Source: a virus (taxonomy: Duplodnaviria; Caudoviricetes). From it: a stretch of 45,394 nt of DNA. Position numbers and translations under genes: made by a program. The notes beneath the pieces were generated by a model. It was not told the DNA's origin, searched no databases, and saw only the letters and a list, made by a program, of their open reading frames with translations. Numbering within the stretch: the first letter of the stretch is position 1; each line of letters begins with the position of its first letter. Of this stretch, positions 16,430 through 26,239 are shown one piece after another. The stretch is from positions 1 through 45,394 of the IMG/VR virus record IMGVR_UViG_3300043391_000337; one strand, given 5' to 3'.

Positions 16430-16924
16430 ATGAAATTAAGAGCAAATCGTAATCCAGTTGCGAAAGCAACTTTGAAAGCTCTGAAAGGTTCTGATAAAGA
16501 TATTCACGTTTGTGAAATCGAAGAACTTACAGATCATGTTGCTACCGGAAAATGTGATGGTGGCGAAAGTAACTATAGCAGAGTCTATCCTTTAAAACAA
16601 AATGAAGTGATAGAATCTGTTGTAGATACTGAACATAGTTTATTTCTTACATCAATGATTATGCGTGAGAATTTTTGGAAAACATTAAGTCCAGAAGTTC
16701 AAAAGGTAATCAAAGATGCTGCCATTAAAGCTGGTAGACGAGAAAGACAAACTACAATTGAAGATGGTGAAGAAGCTAAAGAGATGCTTATTAAAGAAGG
16801 TAAAACAATACACACTTTAACACCAGAAGAAAAACAAGATTTTATTGATAAAACTAAGGTGGTTTATGAGGAGTTTGAAAAAACTTTTACACCAGGTTTA
16901 ATAAACGATATAAAGAACGGTTAA
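16430..16924 (+). CDS. TRAP DctP-like substrate-binding protein, C-terminal half
   Basis: MKLR, GKCDGGES, TEHS, FWKTLSPEVQKVIKDAA, LTPEEK. Confidence 0.8.
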   Translation: MKLRANRNPVAKATLKALKGSDKDIHVCEIEELTDHVATGKCDGGESNYSRVYPLKQNEVIESVVDTEHSLFLTSMIMRENFWKTLSPEVQKVIKDAAIKAGRRERQTTIEDGEEAKEMLIKEGKTIHTLTPEEKQDFIDKTKVVYEEFEKTFTPGLINDIKNG

Positions 16925-16925
16925 T

Positions 16926-16943
16926 TATAAATAGGTATAAATA
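16926..16943 (+). promoter_or_regulatory. tandem late promoters
   Basis: TATAAATA at 16926-16933 and 16936-16943. Confidence 0.65.
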
Positions 16944-16979
16944 TGGTAACAATTACTATAAAAAAGAGGAGAGATTTAA

Positions 16980-18032
16980 ATGTCTAACAAAAAAACTTTA
17001 CGTTGGGTTATAGCACATCACCCAGTTTCATTATTTGAAAGAACAGCAAAATTGTTCAAACAAGAATTAGAAAAAGAGTGCCCAAATCAATTTAATTTGG
17101 AAATTTATACACCTGGAACTTATGATAATAAATTCAAAAACCATCCAGAATTTAAAATTGTACCACCAGATGTTAATGGTTTAGAAGAAAGACCTTCTTC
17201 TGTAAAATCACTTAATGGTGAAGAAGTACAATTAAAAAAACAAAAACTTTGGTCAGAAGCTAAAGGAAGATGGACGTCTTTTTTCAATGCTCTTAGAGAC
17301 GGAGATTTTGAAATCAGTCAAACACAAGTTGGTATCGTAGGTGGTTTCTTAGATAGAAATTATCACGCTATTGATTTGCCTTTCTTATTTAATGGCCACG
17401 ATCATGTATCTAAAGTATTAGATAACGAAATCGGCGATTATATGTCTGACAATTTAGCAAGAAAAACTGGAGTTAGAGGTTTAGCTTTTACATACTCTGG
17501 AGGTTATAGAGTAATTGGTGCTAAAAAAGGAATAACAGCTCTAAGCGATTTATCAGCATTAAAATTAGTAACTCACACTGCTCACAGTGATGAATTATTT
17601 AATAATGTTGGTGCTAAAACTCTTAGAAAAGATAAAGCAACTATTGAAGATGTTGCTGATCTTAATAAAGATGAAAACGGAGCAATTGAAACAACTTATT
17701 TAAGATTTGCTGGTAAAAACGTGTTAAAGACACAGCACAGTATGTTTACTACTACAATCTTAACAGGTGATAAATTCTGGAATACATTAACATCAGAACA
17801 ACAAGCAGCTTTCAAAAGAATTGCTAAAGTTGTTGCTAAAGAGGAACGTAAATGGTCTCTACAAGATTCGGCTGCTTACGAAGCTAATGCTCAAGCAAAT
17901 GGTGTTACTATTACAGAAATCAATAAATCTGATCTTGCAAAATTACAAGAATCAGCTAAGAAAGTTTATTCTAATTTAGATAACATTGGAATTGACAAAA
18001 AATTAGTTGACAGAATTATTGCTGCTGCTTAA
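16980..18032 (+). CDS. full-length DctP-like substrate-binding protein without signal peptide
   Basis: ALRDGDFEI, IDLPFLF, GLAFTYSGGYRVI, FWNTLTSEQQ; paralogue of the split pair (WVIAH.P, RGLAFTYSGG); GAGGAG RBS. Confidence 0.82.
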   Translation: MSNKKTLRWVIAHHPVSLFERTAKLFKQELEKECPNQFNLEIYTPGTYDNKFKNHPEFKIVPPDVNGLEERPSSVKSLNGEEVQLKKQKLWSEAKGRWTSFFNALRDGDFEISQTQVGIVGGFLDRNYHAIDLPFLFNGHDHVSKVLDNEIGDYMSDNLARKTGVRGLAFTYSGGYRVIGAKKGITALSDLSALKLVTHTAHSDELFNNVGAKTLRKDKATIEDVADLNKDENGAIETTYLRFAGKNVLKTQHSMFTTTILTGDKFWNTLTSEQQAAFKRIAKVVAKEERKWSLQDSAAYEANAQANGVTITEINKSDLAKLQESAKKVYSNLDNIGIDKKLVDRIIAAA

Positions 18033-18053
18033 TTAATACTAAGTTTAAATCTC

Positions 18054-18081
18054 GAAGCACTCAATTAACTTTGGGTGCTTC
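18054..18081. terminator. hairpin between convergent genes
   Basis: GAAGCACTCAA-TTAACT-TTGGGTGCTTC (11-bp stem with one G-U pair on the + strand). Confidence 0.55.
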
Positions 18082-18216
18082 AACCTCATCTACATCTTTA
18101 CACCAATCATCAATTTCTTCTCGTAACATTACATTAGAAAATCCTTTATACTTAACAAGATAACATTTACCCCAAGCGCCAACGTAGTTTATATCAATAA
18201 TTTCTGGTTTATACAT
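18061..18216 (-). CDS. hypothetical protein (51 aa)
   Basis: MYKPEIIDINYVGAWGKCYLVKYKGFSNVMLREEIDDWCKDVDEVEAPKVN; overlaps the upstream stop; not in the ORF track. Confidence 0.55.
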   Translation of the reverse strand: MYKPEIIDINYVGAWGKCYLVKYKGFSNVMLREEIDDWCKDVDEVEAPKVN

Positions 18217-18436
18217 TTAAATAATATATAATAAGACCTATTGTAGTAACAACAGCAAATATAAGATTAGTAACTATCAAAGACATTTCTTTCCACATAA
18301 TACTAACTATTAACCATACGATAGAACCTAGTCCTAATATCATTGGTCCTGCAGGATAATAACCAAGAGAGTTAACTAAACTACCAACAATTAATATTCC
18401 AGTAGCAACCCATTTTAAAATTTGATCTGATTTCAT
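18209..18436 (-). CDS. small 3-TM membrane protein (start revised from 18445)
   Basis: LKWVATGILIVG, YP.GP, W...SIMWKE.SLIVTN; TAATG overlap with the upstream ORF. Confidence 0.7.
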   Translation of the reverse strand: MKSDQILKWVATGILIVGSLVNSLGYYPAGPMILGLGSIVWLIVSIMWKEMSLIVTNLIFAVVTTIGLIIYYLNV

Positions 18437-18570
18437 TAAATACAACCTATAATACAGTTAGCAGTACCATAAGCAACCATATATTTTGCTCCAATGTAAA
18501 ATAAAGCGTAACTTCCTAGTACAATAGCAGCAACAAGTAACAATGATTTGACATCTTCTTTAGTAAACAT
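18436..18570 (-). CDS. single-TM microprotein (44 aa)
   Basis: MFTKEDVKSLLLVAAIVLGSYALFYIGAKYMVAYGTANCIIGCI; coupled by TAATG. Confidence 0.6.
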   Translation of the reverse strand: MFTKEDVKSLLLVAAIVLGSYALFYIGAKYMVAYGTANCIIGCI

Positions 18571-18602
18571 TTATTTTATTTTTTTGTTGTTAATATACAT
18601 AT

Positions 18603-18631
18603 AATATACACTGTATTTTTGCTTAAAACAA
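18603..18631 (-). promoter_or_regulatory. sigma70-like early promoter
   Basis: TTGTTT-17 nt-TATATT upstream of 18570. Confidence 0.5.
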
Positions 18632-18716
18632 GCGAAAAATGCACTTTTTTAAAAATAAAAGGCAACAAAAACAGTAACTTAATTGAGTGTTGTAAAAATA
18701 CAACAACAAAATTCTT

Positions 18717-18724
18717 TATAAATA
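18717..18724 (+). promoter_or_regulatory. late promoter restarting the structural operon
   Basis: TATAAATA. Confidence 0.7.
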
Positions 18725-18732
18725 GTAAATAT

Positions 18733-18864
18733 ATGATTGATTTTGATAAAATTGATGATTTGTCGTTTATGATTCAAGATTTTGATTCGAAAAAACTTAA
18801 AAAAAAGAAAAATAATGGCAAAAAAAGTATCAAACAGCGCAAACGCATTAAGAAACGCAGCTAA
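18733..18864 (+). CDS. small acidic/basic protein (start revised from 18619)
   Basis: ATG shortly after the late promoter; MIDFDKIDDLSF... with Lys-rich tail. Confidence 0.45.
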   Translation: MIDFDKIDDLSFMIQDFDSKKLKKKKNNGKKSIKQRKRIKKRS

Positions 18865-18964
18865 ACCAAAAAGAACTAGCATTGGTCGTGGATTTCACAG
18901 TAAATCTATGATGAATAAACATAAAAGAAGAAGTTTCAAGGCTTATAGAGGCCAAGGAAGATAA
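18815..18964 (+). CDS. small basic protein typical of T4-like marine phages
   Basis: MAKK...KPKRTSIG...NKHKRRSFKAYRGQGR (C-terminal YRGQG motif). Confidence 0.75.
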   Translation: MAKKVSNSANALRNAAKPKRTSIGRGFHSKSMMNKHKRRSFKAYRGQGR

Positions 18965-18968
18965 AAAA

Positions 18969-19259
18969 ATGCCAGGAATTTGTAGGGTAGGATTAGACAG
19001 GCATATTGGGCATGCTTGTGTAAAAGTACCTTATCATCAAACACCTTATAAGACCGGTTCTGCAAATGTTTTTATAAATGGTGCAAAAGTAGTTAGAATT
19101 GGAGATATTTGTGCTTGTACAGATCCTGCTATCAGAGGAAGTGAAACTGTTTTTGTAAATGGTATAGGTGTACATAGAAAAGAAGATGCAACAGGCGGAC
19201 ATGGTTGTTGGGTGCCAAATAAGGCAGCTACAGGTTCAACAAACGTATTTGCAGGTTAA
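18969..19259 (+). CDS. PAAR spike-tip protein (gp5.4-like)
   Basis: GSANVFING..VRIGD, GSETVFVNG, GSTNVFAG; His/Cys metal ligands. Confidence 0.9.
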   Translation: MPGICRVGLDRHIGHACVKVPYHQTPYKTGSANVFINGAKVVRIGDICACTDPAIRGSETVFVNGIGVHRKEDATGGHGCWVPNKAATGSTNVFAG

Positions 19260-19260
19260 T

Positions 19261-19512
19261 ATGGCACAATTAGATTCATCAGGTTTAACATTTACAAGTC
19301 AACCAACAAAAGCTGAAACTGAAAGATTTGAATATGCAGCTTTTGGTTACTTTGATAATAACCCAGCGATAGTTGGTAATACATATCAAAGTCTTATTGG
19401 TATATATTATGATGATTTTGGAAATAAAACAGATGATAACTCTCAATACGATTATTTGTACATGTTATTAAATTATGTACAAAGTGGATATGTTACTGTT
19501 CAAAATCAATAA
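19261..19512 (+). CDS. hypothetical virion-associated protein (start revised from 19168)
   Basis: ATG 1 nt after the PAAR stop; Tyr/Asp-rich, ends YVQSGYV. Confidence 0.6.
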   Translation: MAQLDSSGLTFTSQPTKAETERFEYAAFGYFDNNPAIVGNTYQSLIGIYYDDFGNKTDDNSQYDYLYMLLNYVQSGYVTVQNQ

Positions 19513-19529
19513 TAAAGAATAAATAAAGT

Positions 19530-22265
19530 ATGACCATAGTCTATCGAAATACAAAAGGAGCCGCTCTTACTTACAATGAGATGGACGAGAATTTACGTGA
19601 TCTACGACAAGACACAACAATTGATAGAGTATTAGCAAATGGTAACACAACTACAAAAAGTTTAAATCTAGGTTCTTTAAATGCAACTACTATTACACTT
19701 AATGGTCAACCTTTAGCAGGATTAGGTTATACAGGATCAAGAGGTGATGCAGGTTATACAGGAAGTTTAGGTTACACAGGATCTACAGGCACTGGTTACA
19801 CAGGTTCAGCAGGCAGTTTAGGTTACACAGGTTCACAAGGTGATCAAGGACCGGCAGGTGGTTATACAGGTTCACAAGGTGATATCGGTTACACAGGCTC
19901 AGCATCAACTGTAGTTGGTTATACAGGAAGTTCAGGTTATGCCGGTTCACAAGGTGTAATTGGTTATACTGGATCAAAAGGCGATGAAGGTAATCAAGGC
20001 ATACAAGGGTTTACAGGAAGTTTAGGTTACACAGGTTCACAAGGCGTACAAGGTTATACAGGAAGTTTAGGTTACACAGGTTCACAAGGCGTACAAGGTT
20101 ATACAGGAAGTTTAGGTTACACAGGTTCACAAGGTTATACAGGAAGTTTAGGTTACACAGGTTCACAAGGCGTACAAGGTTATACAGGAAGTTTAGGTTA
20201 CACAGGTTCACAAGGTTATACAGGAAGTTTAGGTTACACAGGTTCACAAGGACCTCAAGGTGAACAAGGCGCAACTGGTTACATTGGTTCGCAAGGTACT
20301 GCAGGAGACAAATATAAAACAACATCACAAACTAGTTTAAATTTATCTTCTTATGCTTTAAATGATACTATATCTTTAACAACTTCTGAATTTTCTTTAA
20401 GTTTTACATCACAACAGACAGTTATAATTGCTGAAGCTCCATCATTAGGAAATCCATCACCAACAAATCATTTACATGCTCAAATTTTATCATTTGATAT
20501 TAGTAATGGTAATATGGTGGGTGTTGTTACAAACAACGGTAATGTACAAAATAGTATTTTAAGTTCTTGGATAGTTAACATAGATGGAGCCATTGGTGTA
20601 CAAGGTTATACAGGTTCGAGAGGTTATAATGGTTCACAAGGTTATACAGGATCAAAAGGTGATACAGGTTATGTTGGTTCACAAGGTATACAAGGAGATT
20701 TTGGTTACACAGGTTCTCAAGGTATAATAGGTTATACAGGCTCACAAGGTTATACTGGAAGTTTAGGTTATACCGGCTCACAAGGTATTCAAGGTGTACA
20801 AGGTTACACCGGATCAAAAGGTGATCAAGGTATTCAAGGCACAGCAGGATTTACAGGCAGTCAAGGAGTAGGTTATACAGGATCTGCTGGAGTTGGTTAC
20901 GTAGGTTCAAAAGGAGATTTGGGGTATACTGGTTCTGCTGGAACAAATGGTTACACAGGTTCAAAAGGTGATCAAGGTCCTGCAGGAGGTTATACAGGCT
21001 CTCAAGGAGAAGCGGGAAATACTTTTTTAACATATTCTAATAATACTTTTACATTATCAAGTACAGGTTCTCAAACAATTATTATAGGAATAGGTTTAGC
21101 ATATTCTGTAGGACAGAATATTATTCTTTCAGCGGATTCAAATAATATTCAATATGGAATGGTAACATCTTATAATGATGGTAATGGATTTTTCACATTT
21201 GATAAAATAAGTTATATTGGTACAGGAAGTTATGATAGTTGGACAATTAATTTAGCTGGACCTGCAGGAATAAATGGTTTTGCAGGCAGTAGAGGATATA
21301 CAGGATCATCTGGTGCTGGCTATACTGGTTCTGCCGGTTCAACAGGTTATGTAGGATCAAAAGGAGATTTAGGTTATTCAGGATCAAAAGGCGATCAAGG
21401 CACAACAGGTTACACTGGATCAAAAGGCGAACAAGGTATTTTGGGTTACACTGGCTCGGCTTCAACTGTAGTTGGTTACACAGGAAGTTTAGGTTACACA
21501 GGTTCATCTGGTTACACCGGTTCACAAGGAGATCAGGGTCCTAGAGGAGGAAACGGATTTACAGGCTCGTTAGGTTATACAGGTTCGAGAGGTTATAATG
21601 GTTCACAAGGTTATACAGGATCTGATGGTGCTGGTTATACAGGCAGTCAAGGTATTCAAGGATATCAAGGTAACATAGGTTACACAGGATCAACAGGATA
21701 TACCGGCTCTGCTTCAACAGTAATTGGTTATACAGGAAGTTTAGGTTACACAGGATCACAAGGCGCTGGATTTACAGGTTCAAGAGGAGAAACTGGATTT
21801 GTAGGTTCACAAGGTCCTGCAGGAGGTTATACAGGATCTAAAGGTGATACAGGTTACACCGGTTCAGGTGGAACAGCAAGTGGATTACAATCAAGAACAA
21901 CTGCAAGTGTTACTACAAGTAGTTTGCCTAATAATGGAGTTGTTACTGCTAATATAACTGGTTCTAAATCTTATATGTTATTAAAAGTTACAACAAATGT
22001 TGCTTCTTGGATTAGAATTTATACTGACGATTCATCAAGAACGGCAGATGTAAGTAGAAGTCAATATACAGATCCAACACCTGGTTCTGGAGTACTTGCA
22101 GAAGTTATAACTTCAGGAAGTCAAACAGTAATATTAACCCCCGCTGTATTGGGTTATAATAATGAAAATCCTGTAACAACAGATGTGCCTATCAGAGTAA
22201 CAAATTTAAGTGGTAGTGCATCTACAGTTACCGTAACATTGACATACATACAATTAGAGTCGTAA
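19530..22265 (+). CDS. collagen-like fibre protein 1 (GYTGS repeats)
   Basis: N-terminal [13 protein letters not shown] anchor motif, three Gly-X-Y blocks, two inserted beta-domains, C-terminal globular domain. Confidence 0.85.
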   Translation: MTIVYRNTKGAALTYNEMDENLRDLRQDTTIDRVLANGNTTTKSLNLGSLNATTITLNGQPLAGLGYTGSRGDAGYTGSLGYTGSTGTGYTGSAGSLGYTGSQGDQGPAGGYTGSQGDIGYTGSASTVVGYTGSSGYAGSQGVIGYTGSKGDEGNQGIQGFTGSLGYTGSQGVQGYTGSLGYTGSQGVQGYTGSLGYTGSQGYTGSLGYTGSQGVQGYTGSLGYTGSQGYTGSLGYTGSQGPQGEQGATGYIGSQGTAGDKYKTTSQTSLNLSSYALNDTISLTTSEFSLSFTSQQTVIIAEAPSLGNPSPTNHLHAQILSFDISNGNMVGVVTNNGNVQNSILSSWIVNIDGAIGVQGYTGSRGYNGSQGYTGSKGDTGYVGSQGIQGDFGYTGSQGIIGYTGSQGYTGSLGYTGSQGIQGVQGYTGSKGDQGIQGTAGFTGSQGVGYTGSAGVGYVGSKGDLGYTGSAGTNGYTGSKGDQGPAGGYTGSQGEAGNTFLTYSNNTFTLSSTGSQTIIIGIGLAYSVGQNIILSADSNNIQYGMVTSYNDGNGFFTFDKISYIGTGSYDSWTINLAGPAGINGFAGSRGYTGSSGAGYTGSAGSTGYVGSKGDLGYSGSKGDQGTTGYTGSKGEQGILGYTGSASTVVGYTGSLGYTGSSGYTGSQGDQGPRGGNGFTGSLGYTGSRGYNGSQGYTGSDGAGYTGSQGIQGYQGNIGYTGSTGYTGSASTVIGYTGSLGYTGSQGAGFTGSRGETGFVGSQGPAGGYTGSKGDTGYTGSGGTASGLQSRTTASVTTSSLPNNGVVTANITGSKSYMLLKVTTNVASWIRIYTDDSSRTADVSRSQYTDPTPGSGVLAEVITSGSQTVILTPAVLGYNNENPVTTDVPIRVTNLSGSASTVTVTLTYIQLES
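20011..20250 (+). repeat. exact DNA tandem repeat within the collagen-like gene (45/36-bp units)
   Basis: Unit TACAGGAAGTTTAGGTTACACAGGTTCACAAGG(CGTACAAGG)TTA repeated about six times with identical synonymous positions. Confidence 0.85.
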
Positions 22266-22266
22266 G

Positions 22267-23913
22267 ATGCCTGCAATTACAAACGCAGATGTTAATCAAA
22301 CAATATTAGTTACTTTATATCTTAAAAGAGATTTGCATGAAAACGGCCAATCTTTATCGGAATATGTTAAAGGTATACAATCAAAAGAAAATTCTATTTT
22401 AACACACGAAGAATTTACTTATCAATTTGGTACAACTGAAGAAGATATTAAATTAGTAACAGATTATGTTACATCAAAAGGATTAACTATAGAAGATGAT
22501 TGTAGGTTAAAATCATCCGTTAAAGTATCAGGAACAATAGGTACGTTTAATGATATATTTTCAATAACACTACAAACTGCGGTTGATGGTGATAGAACTT
22601 ATACGACACATGAAGGAGATATTAATATTCCTACAGAAATATCTTCTGTAGTAGAAAGAGTTTTAGGTTTAGATAATAAAATAGTAGTAGCAAGACCATC
22701 AGCAATAAGATTTGTTGAAGAAGAATATGTACCACCTGAAAATGTTCCTCCAAGTGTTTACATAGGTGCTGTTACTCCTGTTGAAGTTGCAAATGCTTAT
22801 AATTTACCGGCCGGAGATGGTTACGGTGGTTGTATTGGAATTTATGAATTAACTTATTATGGTTATCAAACAGGTTGGAATCAAACTGATGTTAATAACT
22901 CTTTCAGTAGAATAGGAATTACTCCACCTACTATTGTAACGATTAATACTGACGGCGTAACAACATTAACTACAAGTGATGCTGAAAGTATGTTGGACAT
23001 TTATTGTGCTGGTGCGGTTGCGCCTAGAGCAAAGATTGCTTATTATAATGCTCCTAATTCTTTTCAGGGAGTTATAGATAATTTTTTAACAGTAGCAGCA
23101 GATACTACAAATAGTCCTAGTGTTATTAGTTGCAGTTGGGCTTTTGGAGATTATTTGCCAGGATCTTGGTTTGGTTCAGCTATGGCCGCTTGTTCTGCTT
23201 TAGGTATCACTGTATTAGTGGCTTCGGGAGATGCAGGTGCTCAAAATTTTAATATGTATTCTCCTTATGGAATAACTACTGATCTTAATGCTTGTATTTG
23301 TGGAGGAACTACTATCTATTTAAGTAATGATAAACAATCTTATTCACAAGAAATAGGATGGAGTGGTTCGGGTGGAGGTATTAGCAATGTTAATAATTTA
23401 CCATCTTATCAAATAGGTTGCAAATACACAACTAAAACTTTAGGAGGAATAACAGGAACTCCAACACAATTACCTAAGAGAGGTGTTCCTGACATAAGTG
23501 CTCCTTCAGATCCAGGTACAGGTTTTCAATTTTATATTAATGGAGGTTTAAGTCAATATGGTGGAACAAGTGCAGCTGCGCCTTGGTTAGCGGGCATGAT
23601 AGTAAGATTTAATGTACTTACAAGTAAAAGAATGGGACATGTAAATCAATTTTTTTATGCCAATCCTTCAACATATAGAGATACTGCTTTAGGAGATAAC
23701 GTTAGAGGGTATGCAAATGGTTATACTACTACAGCAGAGAGTTGGGATGCCGTTACTGGCTTAGGAAGTCCTTACGGACCTGGAATTTACACATTATTAA
23801 AGAAAGAAATGAAAATTGCATATCCCAAAGTAAATTATGGGTTTAGAAGTGCAAATAAACAAAGATATCCGAGATATACAACTGGTGTATCAGGAAGAAC
23901 CAATAATTCGTAA
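22267..23913 (+). CDS. sedolisin/kumamolisin-like serine-carboxyl peptidase (S53) with prodomain
   Basis: ESMLD (catalytic Glu/Asp), ISCSW, ASGDAG oxyanion Asp, GSGGGIS, RGVPDIS, GGTSAAAP (Ser), WDAVTGLGSP Ca site. Confidence 0.92.
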   Translation: MPAITNADVNQTILVTLYLKRDLHENGQSLSEYVKGIQSKENSILTHEEFTYQFGTTEEDIKLVTDYVTSKGLTIEDDCRLKSSVKVSGTIGTFNDIFSITLQTAVDGDRTYTTHEGDINIPTEISSVVERVLGLDNKIVVARPSAIRFVEEEYVPPENVPPSVYIGAVTPVEVANAYNLPAGDGYGGCIGIYELTYYGYQTGWNQTDVNNSFSRIGITPPTIVTINTDGVTTLTTSDAESMLDIYCAGAVAPRAKIAYYNAPNSFQGVIDNFLTVAADTTNSPSVISCSWAFGDYLPGSWFGSAMAACSALGITVLVASGDAGAQNFNMYSPYGITTDLNACICGGTTIYLSNDKQSYSQEIGWSGSGGGISNVNNLPSYQIGCKYTTKTLGGITGTPTQLPKRGVPDISAPSDPGTGFQFYINGGLSQYGGTSAAAPWLAGMIVRFNVLTSKRMGHVNQFFYANPSTYRDTALGDNVRGYANGYTTTAESWDAVTGLGSPYGPGIYTLLKKEMKIAYPKVNYGFRSANKQRYPRYTTGVSGRTNNS

Positions 23914-23930
23914 TAACTATAGGAATATTG

Positions 23931-23938
23931 TATAAATA
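23931..23938 (+). promoter_or_regulatory. late promoter
   Basis: TATAAATA before gp25. Confidence 0.7.
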
Positions 23939-23947
23939 TTACCACTT

Positions 23948-24373
23948 ATGCCAAATTACGATGCCTCTCTTACTAATAATAGCAAACGTGCTAATGTAAA
24001 TTATAAAGATTTGGATTTAGATTTTGGTCGTAATGTGGTAACTAATGATGTTAATAAATTAACAAATATAGAAGCTGTCAAAAGAAGTGTTAGAAATTTA
24101 ATCAATACTTCTCACTTTGAAAGGCCTTTTCATCCTGAAATAGGTTCTGATGTTAGAGCTTTGTTATTTGAAAATATGACACCATTAACCGCTTTGAATT
24201 TGCAAAGAAAAGTACAAGAAGTATTGATTAATTTTGAACCAAGAATTAGACTAGTACAAATCTATGCAACACCTGATTATGATGGCAATTCATATCAATT
24301 ATCAGTTTATTTTTATGTTATTGGTACAACAGAATTAGTAACTGTACAAACTTTTTTAGAAAGACTAAGATAA
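23948..24373 (+). CDS. gp25: baseplate wedge subunit gp25
   Basis: YKDLDLDF, AVKRSVRNLI.T...ERPFHPEIGS, LFE, FEPRI, LERLR. Confidence 0.93.
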   Translation: MPNYDASLTNNSKRANVNYKDLDLDFGRNVVTNDVNKLTNIEAVKRSVRNLINTSHFERPFHPEIGSDVRALLFENMTPLTALNLQRKVQEVLINFEPRIRLVQIYATPDYDGNSYQLSVYFYVIGTTELVTVQTFLERLR

Positions 24374-24374
24374 T

Positions 24375-26237
24375 ATGGCAAGTAATAAATTAGAAGTATC
24401 AGATTTTGATTTTGATAATATAAAACTTAATCTTAAAAAGTTTTTACAAAGCCAAGCTGAATTTTCAGATTATAATTTTGAAGGTTCAGGTTTTTCCGTT
24501 CTTTTAGATGTCTTAGCTTATAATACACACTATCTTGGTTTTAATGCTAACATGCTAGCAAATGAAATGTACTTAGACAGTGCTGACATTAGAAAAAATA
24601 TTGTTTCAATTGCAAAGATGTTAGGATATACTCCAGCATCAGTAACAGCGCCAGTTGCAAATATTACTGTTCAAGTAAATGATGCGGCCGGTTCTACTTT
24701 AACTATGATTAAAGGAACACCCTTTACAACTTCTGTAAATGGAACAACCTATCAATATATTACAAATGAAGATTATACAATTTCTCCTTCAAGTGGCCTT
24801 TACAAATTTGAAAACGTAAATGTTTATGAAGGAACTTTAGTTACTTATAGATACACTGTTGATTCAACTGATACAGATCAAAAATTTATAATTCCTAGTA
24901 ATACTACTGATATGACAACATTATCAGTAACGGTTCAAAATAGTGCAACCGATCTTACACAAACAATATTTAATAGATTTGATGTTACAGTTCAAACTAG
25001 AGATTTTAGTACAGTACCAATTTATTTAATACAAGAAGTTGAAGATGGTAAATTTGAAGTTTATTTTGGAGATAATATAATTGGTAAAAAATTAGATGAC
25101 GGCAATATTGTTATACTTCAATATATTGTAACAAATAGAGATCAATCAAACGGCGCTTCTTCTTTTTCGGTATCGAATACGATTAATGGTTATTCAGATG
25201 TTTTAATAACTACAAATTCGGTATCTCAAGGAGGTGGTGCGGCCGAATCAAAAGAATCTATTAGATTTAATGCGCCATTATTTTATGCGGCTCAAAATCG
25301 TGCCGTTACTACAACAGATTATGAGGCATTAGTTAGAGACATTTATCCAAATGCTTTATCAGTAAGTGCTTGGGGCGGAGAAAATGACGAAACTCCAACT
25401 TATGGTGCCGTTAAAATAGCAATCAAAGCAGCATCAGGTTCTACCTTAACAAATTATACAAAACAATCCATCGTTTCTCAGTTAAAACAATATAACGTTG
25501 CTGCTGTAAGGCCTATTATTGTTGATCCTGAAACTACTTACATATTATTAACAAGTAATATTAAATATGATTCAAGATTAACTTCCTATTCAGCAGATAC
25601 TTTAAAAACAAATGTTATAACTAATATATCAAATTATAATAACACTACATTACAAAGATTTGATGGTATTTTTAGATATTCAAAAATTGTAGGTTTAATT
25701 GATAATACTGACACAAGTATTATATCTAACATAACTACAATTAAAATAAAAAAAACATTTACTCCAATATTAAATTCAACACAGAAATATAATATCTATT
25801 TTAGAAATGCTTTATACAATCCTGTTACAGGATATAATGCTTCTAATGGTGGTATTTTGCAATCATCAGGATTTAAAATAAATGGAGATACCACAAACAT
25901 TTATTACTTAGATGATGATGGTGTTGGTAATGTTAGACGATATAGATTAACAGGTTCTACCAGAGTGTATTCAATAACAAATCAAGGCACAATAAATTAT
26001 ACAACAGGCCAAATAACATTAAGTACTTTAAATATTACATCTATTGAAAATATTAGAGGTAATGTTTCTACTTTTATAGAATTAATTGTAGTTCCTCAAT
26101 CAAATGATATAGTTCCTGTTAGAGATCAAACATTAGAAATAGATTTAATAAATTCTTCAATCGCTGTAGAAGTAGATGCCTTTGTTACTGGTTCTTCTGA
26201 TGCGGGAATAGGTTATACAACTATATCAAGTAGATAA
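24375..26237 (+). CDS. gp6: baseplate wedge subunit gp6
   Basis: DFDFDNIK, FSDYNFEGSG.SVLLDVLAYNTHY, NEMYLDSA, YFGD..IG, QNRAVT..DY, WGGE. Confidence 0.95.
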   Translation: MASNKLEVSDFDFDNIKLNLKKFLQSQAEFSDYNFEGSGFSVLLDVLAYNTHYLGFNANMLANEMYLDSADIRKNIVSIAKMLGYTPASVTAPVANITVQVNDAAGSTLTMIKGTPFTTSVNGTTYQYITNEDYTISPSSGLYKFENVNVYEGTLVTYRYTVDSTDTDQKFIIPSNTTDMTTLSVTVQNSATDLTQTIFNRFDVTVQTRDFSTVPIYLIQEVEDGKFEVYFGDNIIGKKLDDGNIVILQYIVTNRDQSNGASSFSVSNTINGYSDVLITTNSVSQGGGAAESKESIRFNAPLFYAAQNRAVTTTDYEALVRDIYPNALSVSAWGGENDETPTYGAVKIAIKAASGSTLTNYTKQSIVSQLKQYNVAAVRPIIVDPETTYILLTSNIKYDSRLTSYSADTLKTNVITNISNYNNTTLQRFDGIFRYSKIVGLIDNTDTSIISNITTIKIKKTFTPILNSTQKYNIYFRNALYNPVTGYNASNGGILQSSGFKINGDTTNIYYLDDDGVGNVRRYRLTGSTRVYSITNQGTINYTTGQITLSTLNITSIENIRGNVSTFIELIVVPQSNDIVPVRDQTLEIDLINSSIAVEVDAFVTGSSDAGIGYTTISSR

Positions 26238-26239
26238 AG

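Noticed and set aside
20011-20250. Regular repeats resembling a CRISPR array
   Set aside because: No unique spacers; all units are multiples of 9 bp and in frame in a collagen-like CDS; no cas genes
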